Part shown: piece after piece, positions 49,001-60,691 of the stretch | Layout: each line of letters opens with the position of its first letter | Position numbering within the stretch: the first letter of the stretch is position 1 | NCBI RefSeq assembly: GCF_030684315.1 | Contig: NC_081378.1 | Span: 37,682,252 to 37,746,251, forward strand | DNA length: 64,000 nt | From: Stegostoma tigrinum | Taxonomy: Eukaryota | Direction of reading: 5' to 3' | Position numbers and translations under genes: made by a program | Notes under the pieces: model-generated | What the model saw: only the letters and a program-made list of their open reading frames with translations | Told to the model about the DNA's origin: nothing | Databases searched by the model: none

Positions 49001-49377
49001 CTAAATTGAAGAAAATTAGAAATGTGGGCATGTCTTCCTGTGGTGTAATATTCTCTGGCTGTATAGGAACACTCTAATCATCTTCAACAGAATACCGCAG
49101 GCATTTTTATGTCCAGCAGAGGGTATAGACAAAGGTTACGCCTAATCTCCCATCTAACAGGTAACACCCACTCCTAGTATTGTCCTTTCTCGGGCAAACG
49201 TTTAAGATCTGATTCGATTTATCGCATAAGACTCTGGTGAGAGATTTGAGCATAATCCCTTCTGAACTGAGAATGTGGCCTCAGACCAACAGTGTAAACA
49301 TTTCCTGACCAGGAGTTTGTTACAATCTTGCTTCAAATTACTTTCCCATGTTAATGAAATAGGATGGCCTCACTTAC

Positions 49378-49437
49378 CAGGTGTGGAACTGGCAGTCGAA
49401 CTAGCTGTTGTAATTGTCTCTGTTGTTGTAGTTGTTT
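49378..49437 (-). CDS. MUC19: Divergent PTS mini-exon, A-like (ETTTTTETITTASSTASSTP)
   Basis: 60 nt, AAG / GTAAGT, phase 1-1. Confidence 0.75.
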
Positions 49438-50029
49438 CTTTTAAAGCAAAATAAATGCAGTCACAATTAATACAAACAACTTGAATCAGGACAGCACTGA
49501 ATGAATTTCAAAGGCATTCAGCAGGGGATACACAAAGGAAGAGAGAATTATTATGAAGTTTATAAACTATTCTCACTCATGCATAATTACCTAACACCCT
49601 GCTATTTTACAATTTGTTAAACCATCCACACCATTCACTAACTCTTCATCAAACAAGTGTCATTGTGAATGTTTCAGACGCTGGTCAGATCACCATTTAT
49701 GATCTCTCACTCTTATGACACTTAGAATACAGAGGGTGCATTGAAAGGCTGAAGGAGATGCAATGCAGAATACAATGCCATCTGTTAGAAATTGGATATT
49801 TCTCTGTTATTCTTTAGCTAGCCACCTTGTCTCCCATCTGGAGAAAGATCACATGCATCATGATGCTCAATGCAAAATTCAATCATAATCATCACTTTAG
49901 CTCAAACTATTCTTGCTAAACAGTTAAAAATATGCTTAATTTCATTGCAAGATGCAATTGCCCTTTGAAGATTAATTCGTTTCATTCAGCCAGAGAGCAT
50001 GAGTCAATGCTTTAAATTGTAAGCTCTAA

Positions 50030-50890
50030 GTTGGCAATTCAAAATAAGGCATAATCAAGAAGTACCAGACCACAGAATTGTGAATAATGTTATATCTCAT
50101 TGCATAGGTAGAGAGTTGCAGCTTGAACACAAAATTAGCTAAGCAATGGTATGCAGTGAGCAATGGTCAATGGTTACTTTATGGGAGTGGTGGGAACCTT
50201 GCTTTTCATGATATAAAATAATAGTGAAAATCTTGGTGTACAGAGGAGAATTTCAAAGTCTGTGGTGATATGAACATCAGAAGCATTGTAAACTGAGGAG
50301 AACACCAAAGGAAGTAGGCAAGTTGATGGATTGGGTCGAAAGGTGGCAATTATACTTTAATGTGAATTAACATGACACATTTGCATGGGAATAACATGGA
50401 TAGTCAATGGAAAATAAGAAATAAATAACATTCATAAGAGGGTGCAGTAGTAGAGGAAGCTGCTCGTGTATGTACATGGATCATTAACACTGGCAGGACA
50501 GATGGATAGAGCAATTAATGAAGCACACATTGACCTTGGCTGTATTAAGACAACCATTAATAGAAAAGCAAGGAGGATATGCTGAACTTACACAAGGCAC
50601 TTGATAAAACTTATCTGGAGTTTGGGTATGTTTCTGGGCATTTCATTAAAGGAGAGATGTAAATGCATAGGAGAGCAGACTGTAGACCTTTCTAAAAATG
50701 GTTGCCTGGGTGAAAAACTGCATCCCAGTTGGAAAGATTGGACAGATAAGGCCATGTATTTGGGAATAAGAATGATAACAGGAGATCTGAAATGCATGCC
50801 TTGAAGTTGAGTGGAGCCTTGATCAAATTCAGGCATTCAAAATAGTATTAAATGATTATTTGAACAGAAACACAATGGAATGGTACGGAG
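50030..50890 (+). mobile_element. Old degenerate CR1-like LINE fragment
   Basis: Remnants of RT 3' region, e.g. AAAGCAAGGAGGATATGCTGAACTTACACAAGGCACTTG; many stops; boundaries approximate. Confidence 0.6.
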
Positions 50891-51065
50891 AGATTGCTTT
50901 ACATTTGTTTTTGAAATAATTCAGGACGAGATTTGTCAACACTGAGGCTAATAATCTATAGCCTTGAACATGATTTGAATGTTCCTCAAAGAGCAGAGAA
51001 GTAAACTGCCAACGATAAGGAGTTCGAGATTTATATCCAAGGCTTTATGTTTGTACATCACTCAC

Positions 51066-51122
51066 CTGTTGTGGAAGCTGTGGTAAAACCAGGTGTAGTT
51101 GGAAGTATTGTTGTTGTTGTCC
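51066..51122 (-). CDS. MUC19: Divergent PTS mini-exon, D-like (GTTTTILPTTPGFTTASTT)
   Basis: 57 nt, poly-T+AAG / GTGAGT, phase 1-1. Confidence 0.75.
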
Positions 51123-51385
51123 CTTTTGAAAAAAAAGATATTCAAAACCATAAACCTTAATTTGATTCCGAAAGATGCTTTAACGGACATTCACCAAAAA
51201 CCAAACTAACACAGATTCAGATCAAACTAAGACAAAAGTTTAGATCACATCAGATTCTTCAAGAAGATTTGTGTGACATGTGAAGCCAACGTGGCTAATA
51301 CACTTTCACAGTGAGGTTGCTGAAGATCAAAAACCATTCCATTTAATGAACTTGGTAACGTGTATTCAATGCATGCATCACTCAC

Positions 51386-51448
51386 CAGTTGTGGAACTGG
51401 CAGTTGTCTCAGTCGTAGTGCCTGGCCCTGTTGTTGTAGTTGATTCTT
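51386..51448 (-). CDS. MUC19: Divergent PTS mini-exon, E-like (EESTTTTGPGTTTETTASSTT)
   Basis: 63 nt, CAGAAG / GTGAGT, phase 1-1. Confidence 0.8.
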
Positions 51449-52007
51449 CTGAAGGATGAAAAAAAGCATTAACAATCAAACAGCCAATTGCACATGGGAT
51501 GGAATTGAGAGGGGAGACAGACTCAACAAGTATTTCAAAATAGAAATGGAGGATACAAACAGATAATATTAAAACTATTATAATAACTTGGGACCTGATA
51601 TGAGCCAAAGAACATTGCAGAAAGGAAATTATGTTTGAGGTGTAGTCGCAGTTGGGGAATAGGAATGATGTCAATCAATTTTAGGACAATACATACAGCT
51701 GTACAAAAATCTATTAGAAATATTGGCTCAAGCCCATCTTCAATATAATACCACAGTCATTTTCCAGTTCACCAGAGAGTACAGACAATGCTCAGCTTTG
51801 CGTCTGATTCAACAGTCAACACTTCAGTCCCATTATTGACCTTCCTCAGTTGAACATCTTAAAAATCTGACTAGATTTAATGCACAAGGCTCTGGAGGGG
51901 GGTTTTGATCCGAACATTTCCTGAATTGAACGAAGACTGACAACAGGTTTATTACACTTTTGCTCTACACTTCTTTCTCTTAATTAATGACGTAAGAAAT
52001 CACTCAC

Positions 52008-52067
52008 CAGTTGAGGAACTGGCGGGAGACCTAGATGTAATGGTTGTCTCTGTTGTTGTACTTGTTT
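52008..52067 (-). CDS. MUC19: Divergent PTS mini-exon, A-like (ETSTTTETTITSRSPASSST)
   Basis: 60 nt, AAG / GTGAGT, phase 1-1. Confidence 0.75.
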
Positions 52068-52589
52068 CTTTAGAAGAAAAACAAATGCAATCACAATCAA
52101 CATACAGAACCTGAATCGAAACAGTGCTAAAAGAGTTTCAATAGCATTCAGCAGGGAATACACAAATGAACAGAAAATTTGCAAGAAACATTATTCCCAT
52201 TGATGCTCAAGCAGACAATATCCCATTATATTGTTGCTTGTGTAAACCATCTGTACCTTTCATCAGCTCTCCATCAAATGAGTGTCATTGTGTTGGATTG
52301 AGACACTGATTCCCATTACCATTTATGATTCATAACAGAATAGATATTAGTTATACAATAGCTGATCTCCTGGTCCTTGATCTGGAGACAGTTATCACAT
52401 AACAAGATAAGTCATGTAAATTCAATTACGTTTATCACCTAACTCAACACATAGGTGCCAAGTGGTTAAATGTTCTGCAAAAATTAGCTGCATGATCTAG
52501 TTACCCTTTGGAAATCTGTTGCATTCGCTTAAACAGGAAAGATTGTTTCAAGAACATTTACATTGGCAAATGTGAGTTCTAAGTTGGCA

Positions 52590-53205
52590 ATTCCAAATGA
52601 GGTATAACAAAAAAGTAAAGTGCCATATCACAAACTTGTCAGAAAAGCCCACACACACAGAATAAAGGGAGCAGTTGCAACATGGATATAGATTTCGCTG
52701 AGCAATGGGCAACAGAGATCAATGGTCAATAGATACCTATTTTTGTGCTGGAAGAAGGATAATAGTGAATTAGCAATGATATGGGCAATGCTCCCCTTGC
52801 TATTCCTGATATACCTTAGCAGTCTAGATCTCTTTGTGCAGAGTACACTTCTTAATAAAGTGAAGGAGCAGAGGGACCTGGATATATGTGCACATAGATC
52901 ATTGCAATTAATAGGACAGGTGAAGACAGCAGATAATACGATATCCAGTAGCCGGATTGGGTCATGGAGTAAAAGAGCAAGGAGGATATGCTGAATTTAT
53001 ATGAGGCCTTTGCTGGATTATTGTGTGTCGCTTACTTCACAGGAAGTATGTGAGCATACTAGAGAGAGAGTAGAGATGTATAATAATGGTTCCCAAGAAT
53101 GAGAAACTTCAGTTACTGGGAATAGTTTGGAGAGGTTTGGAGCATTCTCCTCAGAGAGAAAGCTAAGAGGAGATTCAATAGAAGTTTTGAAAATCATGAA
53201 TATAA
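52590..53205 (+). mobile_element. Old degenerate CR1-like LINE fragment
   Basis: GAAGGAGCAGAGGGACCTGG, AGCAAGGAGGATATGCTGAATTTATATGAGGCC; similar to the 50030-50890 fragment; boundaries approximate. Confidence 0.6.
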
Positions 53206-53345
53206 TGGGATCTTTTGCACCTACTTAGAAGATAGATGGTACCTTTGTTTAATTTCATTCAAAATTCAGGGCATCTGACAGTGCGTCACTCCCTTAGCAC
53301 CTTATTGTGGTGGAAATTTGTTTTCGGGTTCTGTTTCTTAAACTA
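53206..53345 (-). mobile_element. Degenerate DeuSINE (SacSINE1/AmnSINE1-like) fragment
   Basis: TGGGATCTTTTGCACCTAC...GGCATCTGACAGTGCGTCACTCCCTTAGCAC resembles the Deu-domain antisense from memory. Confidence 0.4.
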
Positions 53346-53407
53346 TATAAATTAATATTGTACTTGCCAACAGTCACATTGCTTTATAAGTATGGCTTTC
53401 TCTTTAC

Positions 53408-53500
53408 CTGTGCTCTTTATTGTTGAAGAAGATGTTGTCAGCGATATAAATGGAGTTGAAGTGGATGATACAGTTGTGCTCACAGTTGTGGGTGTAAATC
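53408..53500 (-). CDS. MUC19: First PTS exon (xFTPTTVSTTVSSTSTPFISLTTSSSTIKST)
   Basis: 93 nt, CAG / GTAAAG, phase 1-1, open and Thr/Ser-rich; weak pyrimidine tract. Confidence 0.7.
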
Positions 53501-53989
53501 CTGTTGTGATAAACATACCTCAAATAACTCTGGAGTTCTATTCTAATCATGACATTTTTTAGTACTGTTACTCAGTTCCCAAATGCAGAAAATAAGAGCG
53601 CACTTGTATTTAATGCTCATAGTAGGTATTATGTAAATATGGAAATACTAGGTAGATGAGGAATTGAGTGATGCTTGAGTGAGGTTAAGGCAATGTGGGC
53701 AGAGTAGGAGTAAGTTTTACTACTGAGAACGGCCCAGTATAGATGTGACTGTATGTAGGTGGATGCAGTTCTGAATATTTCATCACTTGATATCCTCTCT
53801 TCAATTGTCTCACCCTAATGCTCCCCATTTGGGCATTTAACTAATCTGTTCTCATGCAGCAAGCCTTCCGCATCAATTGGAAAGAAAATAGATTGTTCAT
53901 TAACCTATTGCATTAATCTTCACTGTCACTCAAATCACCTTATGTTTTGCAGCTGCAACAAATTTGTAAGAAATTGGAAAAGGAAGAGT

Positions 53990-54420
53990 TTCAATAAAAT
54001 GTTTAAAAATGGAAACAGGTAGCAAAGTGATTGTTGATCCTATAGAAAATAGTAATAGAAATTACAGAGATGGCAATTGACCTGAAGAGGTATTTTCCAT
54101 CATTCTTCACTATTGAGGATTCAAGTAACTTCCCAGAATGAGCTGTCAAACAGGAAATGGACAGAAGATAGGAACTCTAGAAAATAATGATCAGTGAGGA
54201 AATGTGACGAAACAAATTTTTGGAGTTATAAGTCGATGGCCCTTGATGCTGATGGACTTCATCTTTGGACCTTAAAAGAAGTTGATTGTGAGATAATTGA
54301 TAGGTAGATTTAACTTTCCAATGTTCTCTAAGTTCTGATAGGTTTCACTACAATAAAAAATACTGTTGTAATGTTTTTGTTCAAAAAATAAGGGAGACAG
54401 AAAGCGAGAAACTAGAGTGT
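53990..54420 (+). mobile_element. Old CR1-like LINE ORF2 fragment
   Basis: Degenerate YF.S.FT.ED...PG.DGLH...LKE...FKKG.R.K..NY-like segment; boundaries approximate. Confidence 0.5.
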
Positions 54421-54743
54421 ACTCCAATGAAAAAAATCACTGAGCCTCATGGCTCTTTGGACTCCAATTATTGACTTTAGAGTTAAACCAAACCTCCTAT
54501 CCACTGGAATAATACCTACTCATTTGCGCAACTGAATGTGATTTAATTATTTGCAACAGAATGTATTTTTAATCTGAGTTTGAACTGTAGGCCGTAAGCT
54601 CTTAAACATTAAATAGACTACAGGAGTTGTTAATATTGATACTGGGGAATTAAGAAGACAAGCACTGTCCTGCAGTCCAACAAAACTAGACATTTTACAT
54701 GCACTGAGTTAACAACTGAAGGCTGAGATGAAAAGTTACTTAC

Positions 54744-54775
54744 GGTTGCAATGTGTGACTCCATTGATACACATA
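54744..54775 (-). CDS. MUC19: 32-nt exon closing the D3 assembly (E3 module: C-MCINGVTHCN)
   Basis: TAG / GTAAGT; phase 2 in (matches TG| of the upstream exon), phase 1 out (matches the PTS exons). Confidence 0.85.
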
Positions 54776-54829
54776 CTATAAATGAAACAATAAGATATTA
54801 CAACAAGGTACAAGTGTGAAATGCTTCAC

Positions 54830-56138
54830 AGAATGTTGAACAACACAGACTGATTAGGGATAGTGAATATGGCTTTGTGTGTGGAAAATCATGTCTTACT
54901 AAATTGACTGCGATTTTTTTGAAGAAGTGAAGAAGAGGATTGTTGAAGGAAGAATGGTGGATGTTGTCCATATGAACTTCAGTAAGGCACTTGACAAGGT
55001 CCCTCATGGTTGACTGGTTAACAATGTTAGATCACATGGAACACAGGGAGAACTAGCTATTTGGATACAGAAATGGCTTGAAGGTAGCAGACAAAGAGTG
55101 GTGGGGCAGGGTTGGATTTTGGGCTGGAGGCCTATGACCAGCGAGCGGTGTGCGCAAGGATTGGCATTGGGTCCATTGTTTTTTGTCATTTATATAAATT
55201 ATTTGAGTATGAACATCAGAGGTATGGTTAGTAAGTTTGCAGATGATAAGAAAACTGGTGGTGTAATGGTCAGCAGGAGAGGTTACCTCAGACTAAAACG
55301 GGACCTTGAACAGACAGACCAATGAGCCAAAGACTGGCAGATAGAATTTAATTGAGACAAATGTGAAGTGCTACATTTCAAAAAGGCAAATCAGGGCAGG
55401 ACTTAATGGCAAGGTCCTGGGGGCTGTTGCTGAATAAAGAGACCTTGGAGTGCAGGCTCATAGTTCCTTGAAAGTGAAGTTGCAGGTAGATACAGCAGTG
55501 AAGGAGGAGTTAGGTACATGCCTTTTTTGGTCAGTGGATTCAATATAGGAGTTGGGAGGTATTCTCCTGTGGGACAGGACATTGGTTCACCCATTTTTAG
55601 AATACTGCATTCAATTCTGGTTTTCTTGCTGTAGCAAAGATGTTGTGAAACTTGAAAACATGCTGAAAAGATTTACAAGGATGTAGCCACAGCTGGAGGG
55701 ATAGAGCTGTTGAGAGAGCCCAAATAGGCTGGGGAGACTTTCCCTAGAGCATCAGAGGCTGAAGACTGACCTTATAGAGGTTTACAAAGTCATGAAGATC
55801 GTGGATAGGGAGAATGGTGAAGGTCTTTTCCCCAGGGTAGGAGAGTTCAAAACCTAGGGGGCATAGGTTCAAGATGAGAGGGGAAAGGTTTAAAAGAGAC
55901 ATAAGAAGCAATATTTTCATGTAGAGGGTGGTGTGAGTATGGAATTGGCTGCCAAGGAGGTGGTGGAGGCCAGTACAATTACAACATTTAAAAGGCATCT
56001 GGATGGGCATATAACTAGGAAAGGTTTAGAGGGATATCAGCAAAATGCTGGCAAATGAGACTAGATTTATTTAGAATATCTGGTCAGCATGGACGAGTTG
56101 GACCAACATGTCTATTTCTGTGCAGTACATCTCTATGA
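54830..56138 (+). mobile_element. Degenerate CR1-clade LINE 3' portion
   Basis: NFSKALDKVPHG, GPLFFVIYIN, SKFADD remnants and 3' tail ...GTGCAGTACATCTCTATGA; multiple stops and frameshifts. Confidence 0.9.
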
Positions 56139-56844
56139 TTATTACTCCATAACAAATAGGTATAAATCAGGAAGGCAAAAGGGAAAAATAATTGCATCCT
56201 CTGTAATCACAAGTAGAGGTGAAGGTCATTGGGAGGTTTCTAAACGCAAGCAATAGGGTAACGAGGGACAATTGTTAAATGATGGCTCTTCTAATGAAAC
56301 ATTTGTAGGGATTGACAGATCAGATGCTAAAAGGTGGAGGGAACAAGGAACTACAAATAAGCTGGTCTTGAAGAATCAGAAAACAAGCTAAAGTACAAAC
56401 AAAAGTACAAATCATAGAAATAAACATGAGGAGATTATTGTGAATTTGAAAGACAGAGTAAAAGTAGTAACATTGATTTCATGGTCAACAAGTTATTAGT
56501 TCAGTTGGGAGAGCATTGTAAAAATGTATTTTGTATTGAATTATCAAAATATCCATTTTATAATCTATAGTCTCAATTTTAAATTCACAAAATTGATTTT
56601 CTATGATTAAAGTGGTTCACAATATGAAATATCCTTGAACAATTAATCAACATTTGTGCTGTGCTAACCAAGGCACAGGATATGGGTGTAGATCAGGGCC
56701 CAATAACAATGAGTCAGGGCTCTAAGGTACCCAATATGCTCAAGCCATGGGTGAGATCGGGAGCCAGGGCCTGGAGCAACACCAAGGTCCATGATTTGTG
56801 TCTCTGTTCCTGATGTCACTCACAAGCATTACTGAAATTGAGTT

Positions 56845-57351
56845 GATGTGAGTTTGCTCGCTGAGCTGGAAGGTTAGTTTTCAGACATTTCGTCACCATT
56901 CTAGGTAACATCATCAGTGAGCCTCCGACGAAGCGCTGGTGTTATGTCCCGCTTTCTATTTATCTGTGTAGGTTTCCTTGGGTTGGTGATGTCACGATTG
57001 GGACAACACATCCATCCTAGGACAAGCCAAACAGAGACACGCACGAGAATTCCTAGAAGCATGGCATTCCAACCTGAACTCCATCAACAAACACACTGAT
57101 TTGGAGCCCATCTACCATCCTCTGAGAAAAAGAACAGGAAATGACATCACCAATGCAGGAAATGACATGACCAACCCAAGGAAACCTAAACAGATAACTA
57201 GAAAGCAGGACATAGCACCAGCGCTTCGTCGGAGGCTCACTGATGATGTTACCTAGAATGGTGACGAAACGTCTGAAAACTAACCTTCCAGCACAGCGAG
57301 CAAACTCGCATCCAGAACCTCAACCTGAGCTATAAATCTTCTCAAAACTCG
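56845..57351 (+). mobile_element. 5'-truncated Penelope-like element: inverted pLTR + GIY-YIG C-terminal fragment + pLTR
   Basis: Inverted arms 56845-56994 / 57163-57312. Frame from 56996 reads DWDNTSILGQAKQRHAREFLEAWHSNLNSINKH. TSD ATTGAGTTGAT at 56837-56847 and 57352-57362. Confidence 0.88.
57237..57276 (+). ncRNA. Minimal hammerhead ribozyme motif (PLE type)
   Basis: tca-CTGATGA-T-GTTACC-TAGAAT-GGTGAC-GAAA-CG-TC-tga; stem I tca/tga, stem II 6 bp. Confidence 0.65.
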
Positions 57352-57549
57352 ATTGAGTTGATCTATTTGTGGTTGAATGAAAGATGTCCCTTGGAATGAG
57401 TGTTAACATATTAAGGGTGGTTCTTTACAAAATTTCCATGTGAATGATTTAACAATTAAAGAATGTAAAAACTCTAATGCTTTCAATTTATGATTTAGCT
57501 TTTAGGATGAGAATAGTGATCAATTCAAGTAACTGTGTGGAAACTGTAC

Positions 57550-57691
57550 CATTTCTCACAGTCATTCCATGTTATTTCACCAGGTTGAAGGATTCTTCCA
57601 TCGTAATAACAAGTACACTGAGGTAGTGTAACACACTTCATTGTATTTTCGTCCAAATAAGGAGCACTCTCTGGGCATTTGGCATAACAAC
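57550..57691 (-). CDS. MUC19: Mucin D3 exon (TIL3/E3: GCYAKCPESAPYLDENTMKCVTLPQCTCYY...NDCEKC)
   Basis: 142 nt, TAG / GTACAG, phase 1-2. Confidence 0.92.
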
Positions 57692-57880
57692 CTAAAACAG
57701 TGAAAAGCAAAATCAACATGAAAATAAACAGAAAATCTGTGATTGCCGAACATCTTGATTAGAAGCAGAAAATGACCAAAACATCAGTGAGACACCAAAA
57801 TATTTCTGTGCTTCTCAGTTACAAAACACACTCACATCCAGTCCCTGTACACCTGCAATCCTCATGCAGATGGCCTTAAG

Positions 57881-58023
57881 GGCCTCCGCTTCTTCCTATT
57901 TATTTCAGAACCCTCTCCCCATCTCCTTTCTGATGAAGGGTCTAGGCCCGAAACGTCAGCTTTTGTGCTCCTGAGATGCTGCTTGGCCTGATGTGTTCAT
58001 CCAGCTTCACACTTTGTTATCTT
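57881..58023 (+). mobile_element. Penelope-like pLTR fragment (same family as 25218-25530) with hammerhead core at 57930-57957
   Basis: CTGATGAAGGGTCTAGGCCCGAAACGTCAGCTTTTGTGCTCCTGAGATGCTGCTTGGCCTG. Confidence 0.8.
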
Positions 58024-58359
58024 ACACTCAGATTGTTGAGTGGTTTCCAGTATGCACTGAGAAACAAATTGGGTAATCACTAGAGTTAGGATGTATGATT
58101 ATGATTTCTCAATTTCCGCTTCTCAAATGGAATGGGATTACAAAAAGCAACAAAAAAGACTCTGCATTTATGGTACGCTGATCTCTAGAAGCTGCTATGT
58201 TTAGCCTTCATTAAAGATACAAATTTAATTGGGGAAACGTGATTAAACAATTAACGTGGCAACAAAAATCATAGTCTACAATCACAGCATGAAAATACAT
58301 TTTCTAACAAGTCTTAGAAATATAGTTTAATGCAAAATCAAATATGATAGGAATATAAC

Positions 58360-58485
58360 CTTCAAGATTTGCAGATAACTTCTTTGCAATGGAATGGTCT
58401 GAGCAGGTTTTTGTTCTCAATGTTCCACATGGGTGATAATGCCAACTGCATTCACCAGGAGCGTTATAATAGTCACAATACACAG
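58360..58485 (-). CDS. MUC19: Mucin D3 exon (TIL3: [21 protein letters not shown]...LEG)
   Basis: 126 nt, CAG / GTTATA, phase 1-1. Confidence 0.92.
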
Positions 58486-59123
58486 CTGTAATGTGAAAGA
58501 AAAACAATTAAAATTTGATCATTATTCATTTACATAGTTTCTAAACCAAACACAATTTGAATCATCAATGCAAAATACAAACTGGCTTGAATTCCAACAA
58601 GGAAGAAGTTCATTTCTCCGACTTAGCTAAAATTGTACTGGAGGTCCACATTCTGGAAATCTTGCCTTCTTACTGGCTGGCGGAAGGTTGTAGTTTGCAC
58701 AGCTCTGGATAATGGAGGAAGCTGTACAATTGCACAATTGCCTTTAAACAGATCCAAATTTCACTTGGTGGATGCTCAAAACACAAGTTGTGCACCTTAC
58801 ACTTTTCATGTAAAAGTTTTAAGTTTACTCATGCTCTTTGGAGAGGCAGGATACCTTTTTAGGTGGGTCAAAGGGCACCTTTGAGGATGTTAAACCGCCC
58901 TTTGGGAGAGCTTAAGTTTAGGACTGTTGAAAGTAAATGTGAATGTTTGCAAAAATGTGGGTAAGCTCTCAAGACATTTAAATCTCCTGACCTTTAAATT
59001 TAGTACAAAACATTTTCCAATTTAAAGCAAAATCAGTTCTCACATTTTATAATGTTTATTAATATAAACCTAAGGCCTCAGGTTTTGATTCTTGTAACAA
59101 GGAAAACAGAAATATAAACTTAC

Positions 59124-59280
59124 GACATAGGTCTGGGGTTCTCCAGTGAATACAAACATCAACTTTGTTACAAGCTTCCGCATACACTGCTACTGCAGTA
59201 CAGAAGCCCAGATATCTTCCCTCCATATCACAAGCGCAAGCTTCTTCGACACATGCTTCATAGTATGGGGTTGGGTCAAC
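59124..59280 (-). CDS. MUC19: Mucin D3 exon (C8: [27 protein letters not shown]...WRTPDLC)
   Basis: 157 nt, CAG / GTAAGT, phase 0-1. Confidence 0.95.
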
Positions 59281-59362
59281 CTGATAAAGTACCACAGGAT
59301 CAGAAATCACTGGAGCTTTTTGTAAGAGTTTCATGTCTCGTTATAATTGTTCATCGTTTTAC

Positions 59363-59602
59363 CTTTTTATGACAAGCTTGAAAGACTGCGCCCTTAATTA
59401 TGTTGCATCTCTTCTGAGCCCAAGATAAACAATATGGATTCCTGTCACAAGGGAATGTTTGGTTCACTGTATTGGAGCAGGACTGTGATATTTTCCAACT
59501 GTTCCCAAACTCCACAGGACTGGTCACCACATAATTCCATTTTGTCGTCAAATCGTCTTCAATGTCATCATTGAAATTTCCACAAAGGCCACAAACTTTG
59601 TT
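59363..59602 (-). CDS. MUC19: Mucin D3 exon (VWD/C8: NKVCGLCGNFNDD...FGNSWK...FQACHKK)
   Basis: 240 nt, AAG / GTAAAA, phase 0-0; CGLCG motif. Confidence 0.95.
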
Positions 59603-60398
59603 CTTGACAGCACAAAAAAGAATTAAACCAATAGTAAATATTATAAAACTGTAATGCATGTTCCGTTATACTTTTCAAGGTAACACAAGTAATTATAACC
59701 TCAAATTAAATTTGCATCTTGCCTCTCTGCTTCCAGGTATGTTATTCAGTTCCGAATGCAAAGCAGTTACTCTAAATATATTTCAATAATACTCTTTGGT
59801 GATGTTGAACAATATAGTTTCAGTCTACAACTGCTCTGTGTTACATTCTCACTTCTTTTTCCCACCATCTTAGCCTTACGGCCAGTGCTTCAAGTGTCTC
59901 TATTTGATCTAGCTGTTTCCCACTTTAGCCTCCAGATGCACCATCGGTCACCGAGCTGCAATCTTAAAGTCTTAGTTTCCTGCCACTCACATCCATTCCA
60001 ACAGACACATATCTCAATTATCAACATCTTGTTAAAACATGGTATCCTCAACCACTCAGCCAATTCTATTTTGTATGCATTCTCCTTGCTTTTCTGTTGA
60101 TAATTTAACTCCTCATTCATAAGGCTGGCACACTTCAGACTCTACATTTCTATTGTTTCTCCACATCTAAATGGATAAATATTCCCCAGCTGTTTCCTCT
60201 AACAGAATCTCCAGAAATATCTCCATCTTTCCTACACAGTATTTTCACCGTGGTTCTGTAAATTTTGATAAACATGTACATAAGCCATTTTGTCATAGAA
60301 GTTTTTCAAGTCCTACAGTTAATTCCACTTTCTTATTAGGTTTTCTCTATTGATGAACAAATGTGAGGGAATACCACGAACTTCCACATTGTACTTAC

Positions 60399-60587
60399 CT
60401 TCCACTTCGCATCCAGTGTGATTGACAATCTTGTACGTTTGTCCCATATCACAGTGATCCCATTTGAAAATGTCAGGACCAGATAGAGTCCAACTGTGTG
60501 AAGTGTGTAGAGATTATCTGTGCACTGGGTTTTGCCAAGAGACACCTCAGTTACTCCGTTCCCACTCAAGAGAATTAGTTCTCGATC
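60399..60587 (-). CDS. MUC19: Mucin VWD3 exon (DRELILLSG...HTVGLYLVLTFSNGITVIWDKRTRLSITLDAKWK)
   Basis: 189 nt, AAG / GTAAGT, phase 0-0. Confidence 0.92.
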
Positions 60588-60691
60588 CTTTAAAAGAAAA
60601 TCAGGAATTTTTATTACATAATCATTTTATATTAGCTCATGCACTAAAATATCAAATAGGGGCATTTTAAATTATAAATCAAAACACACAC

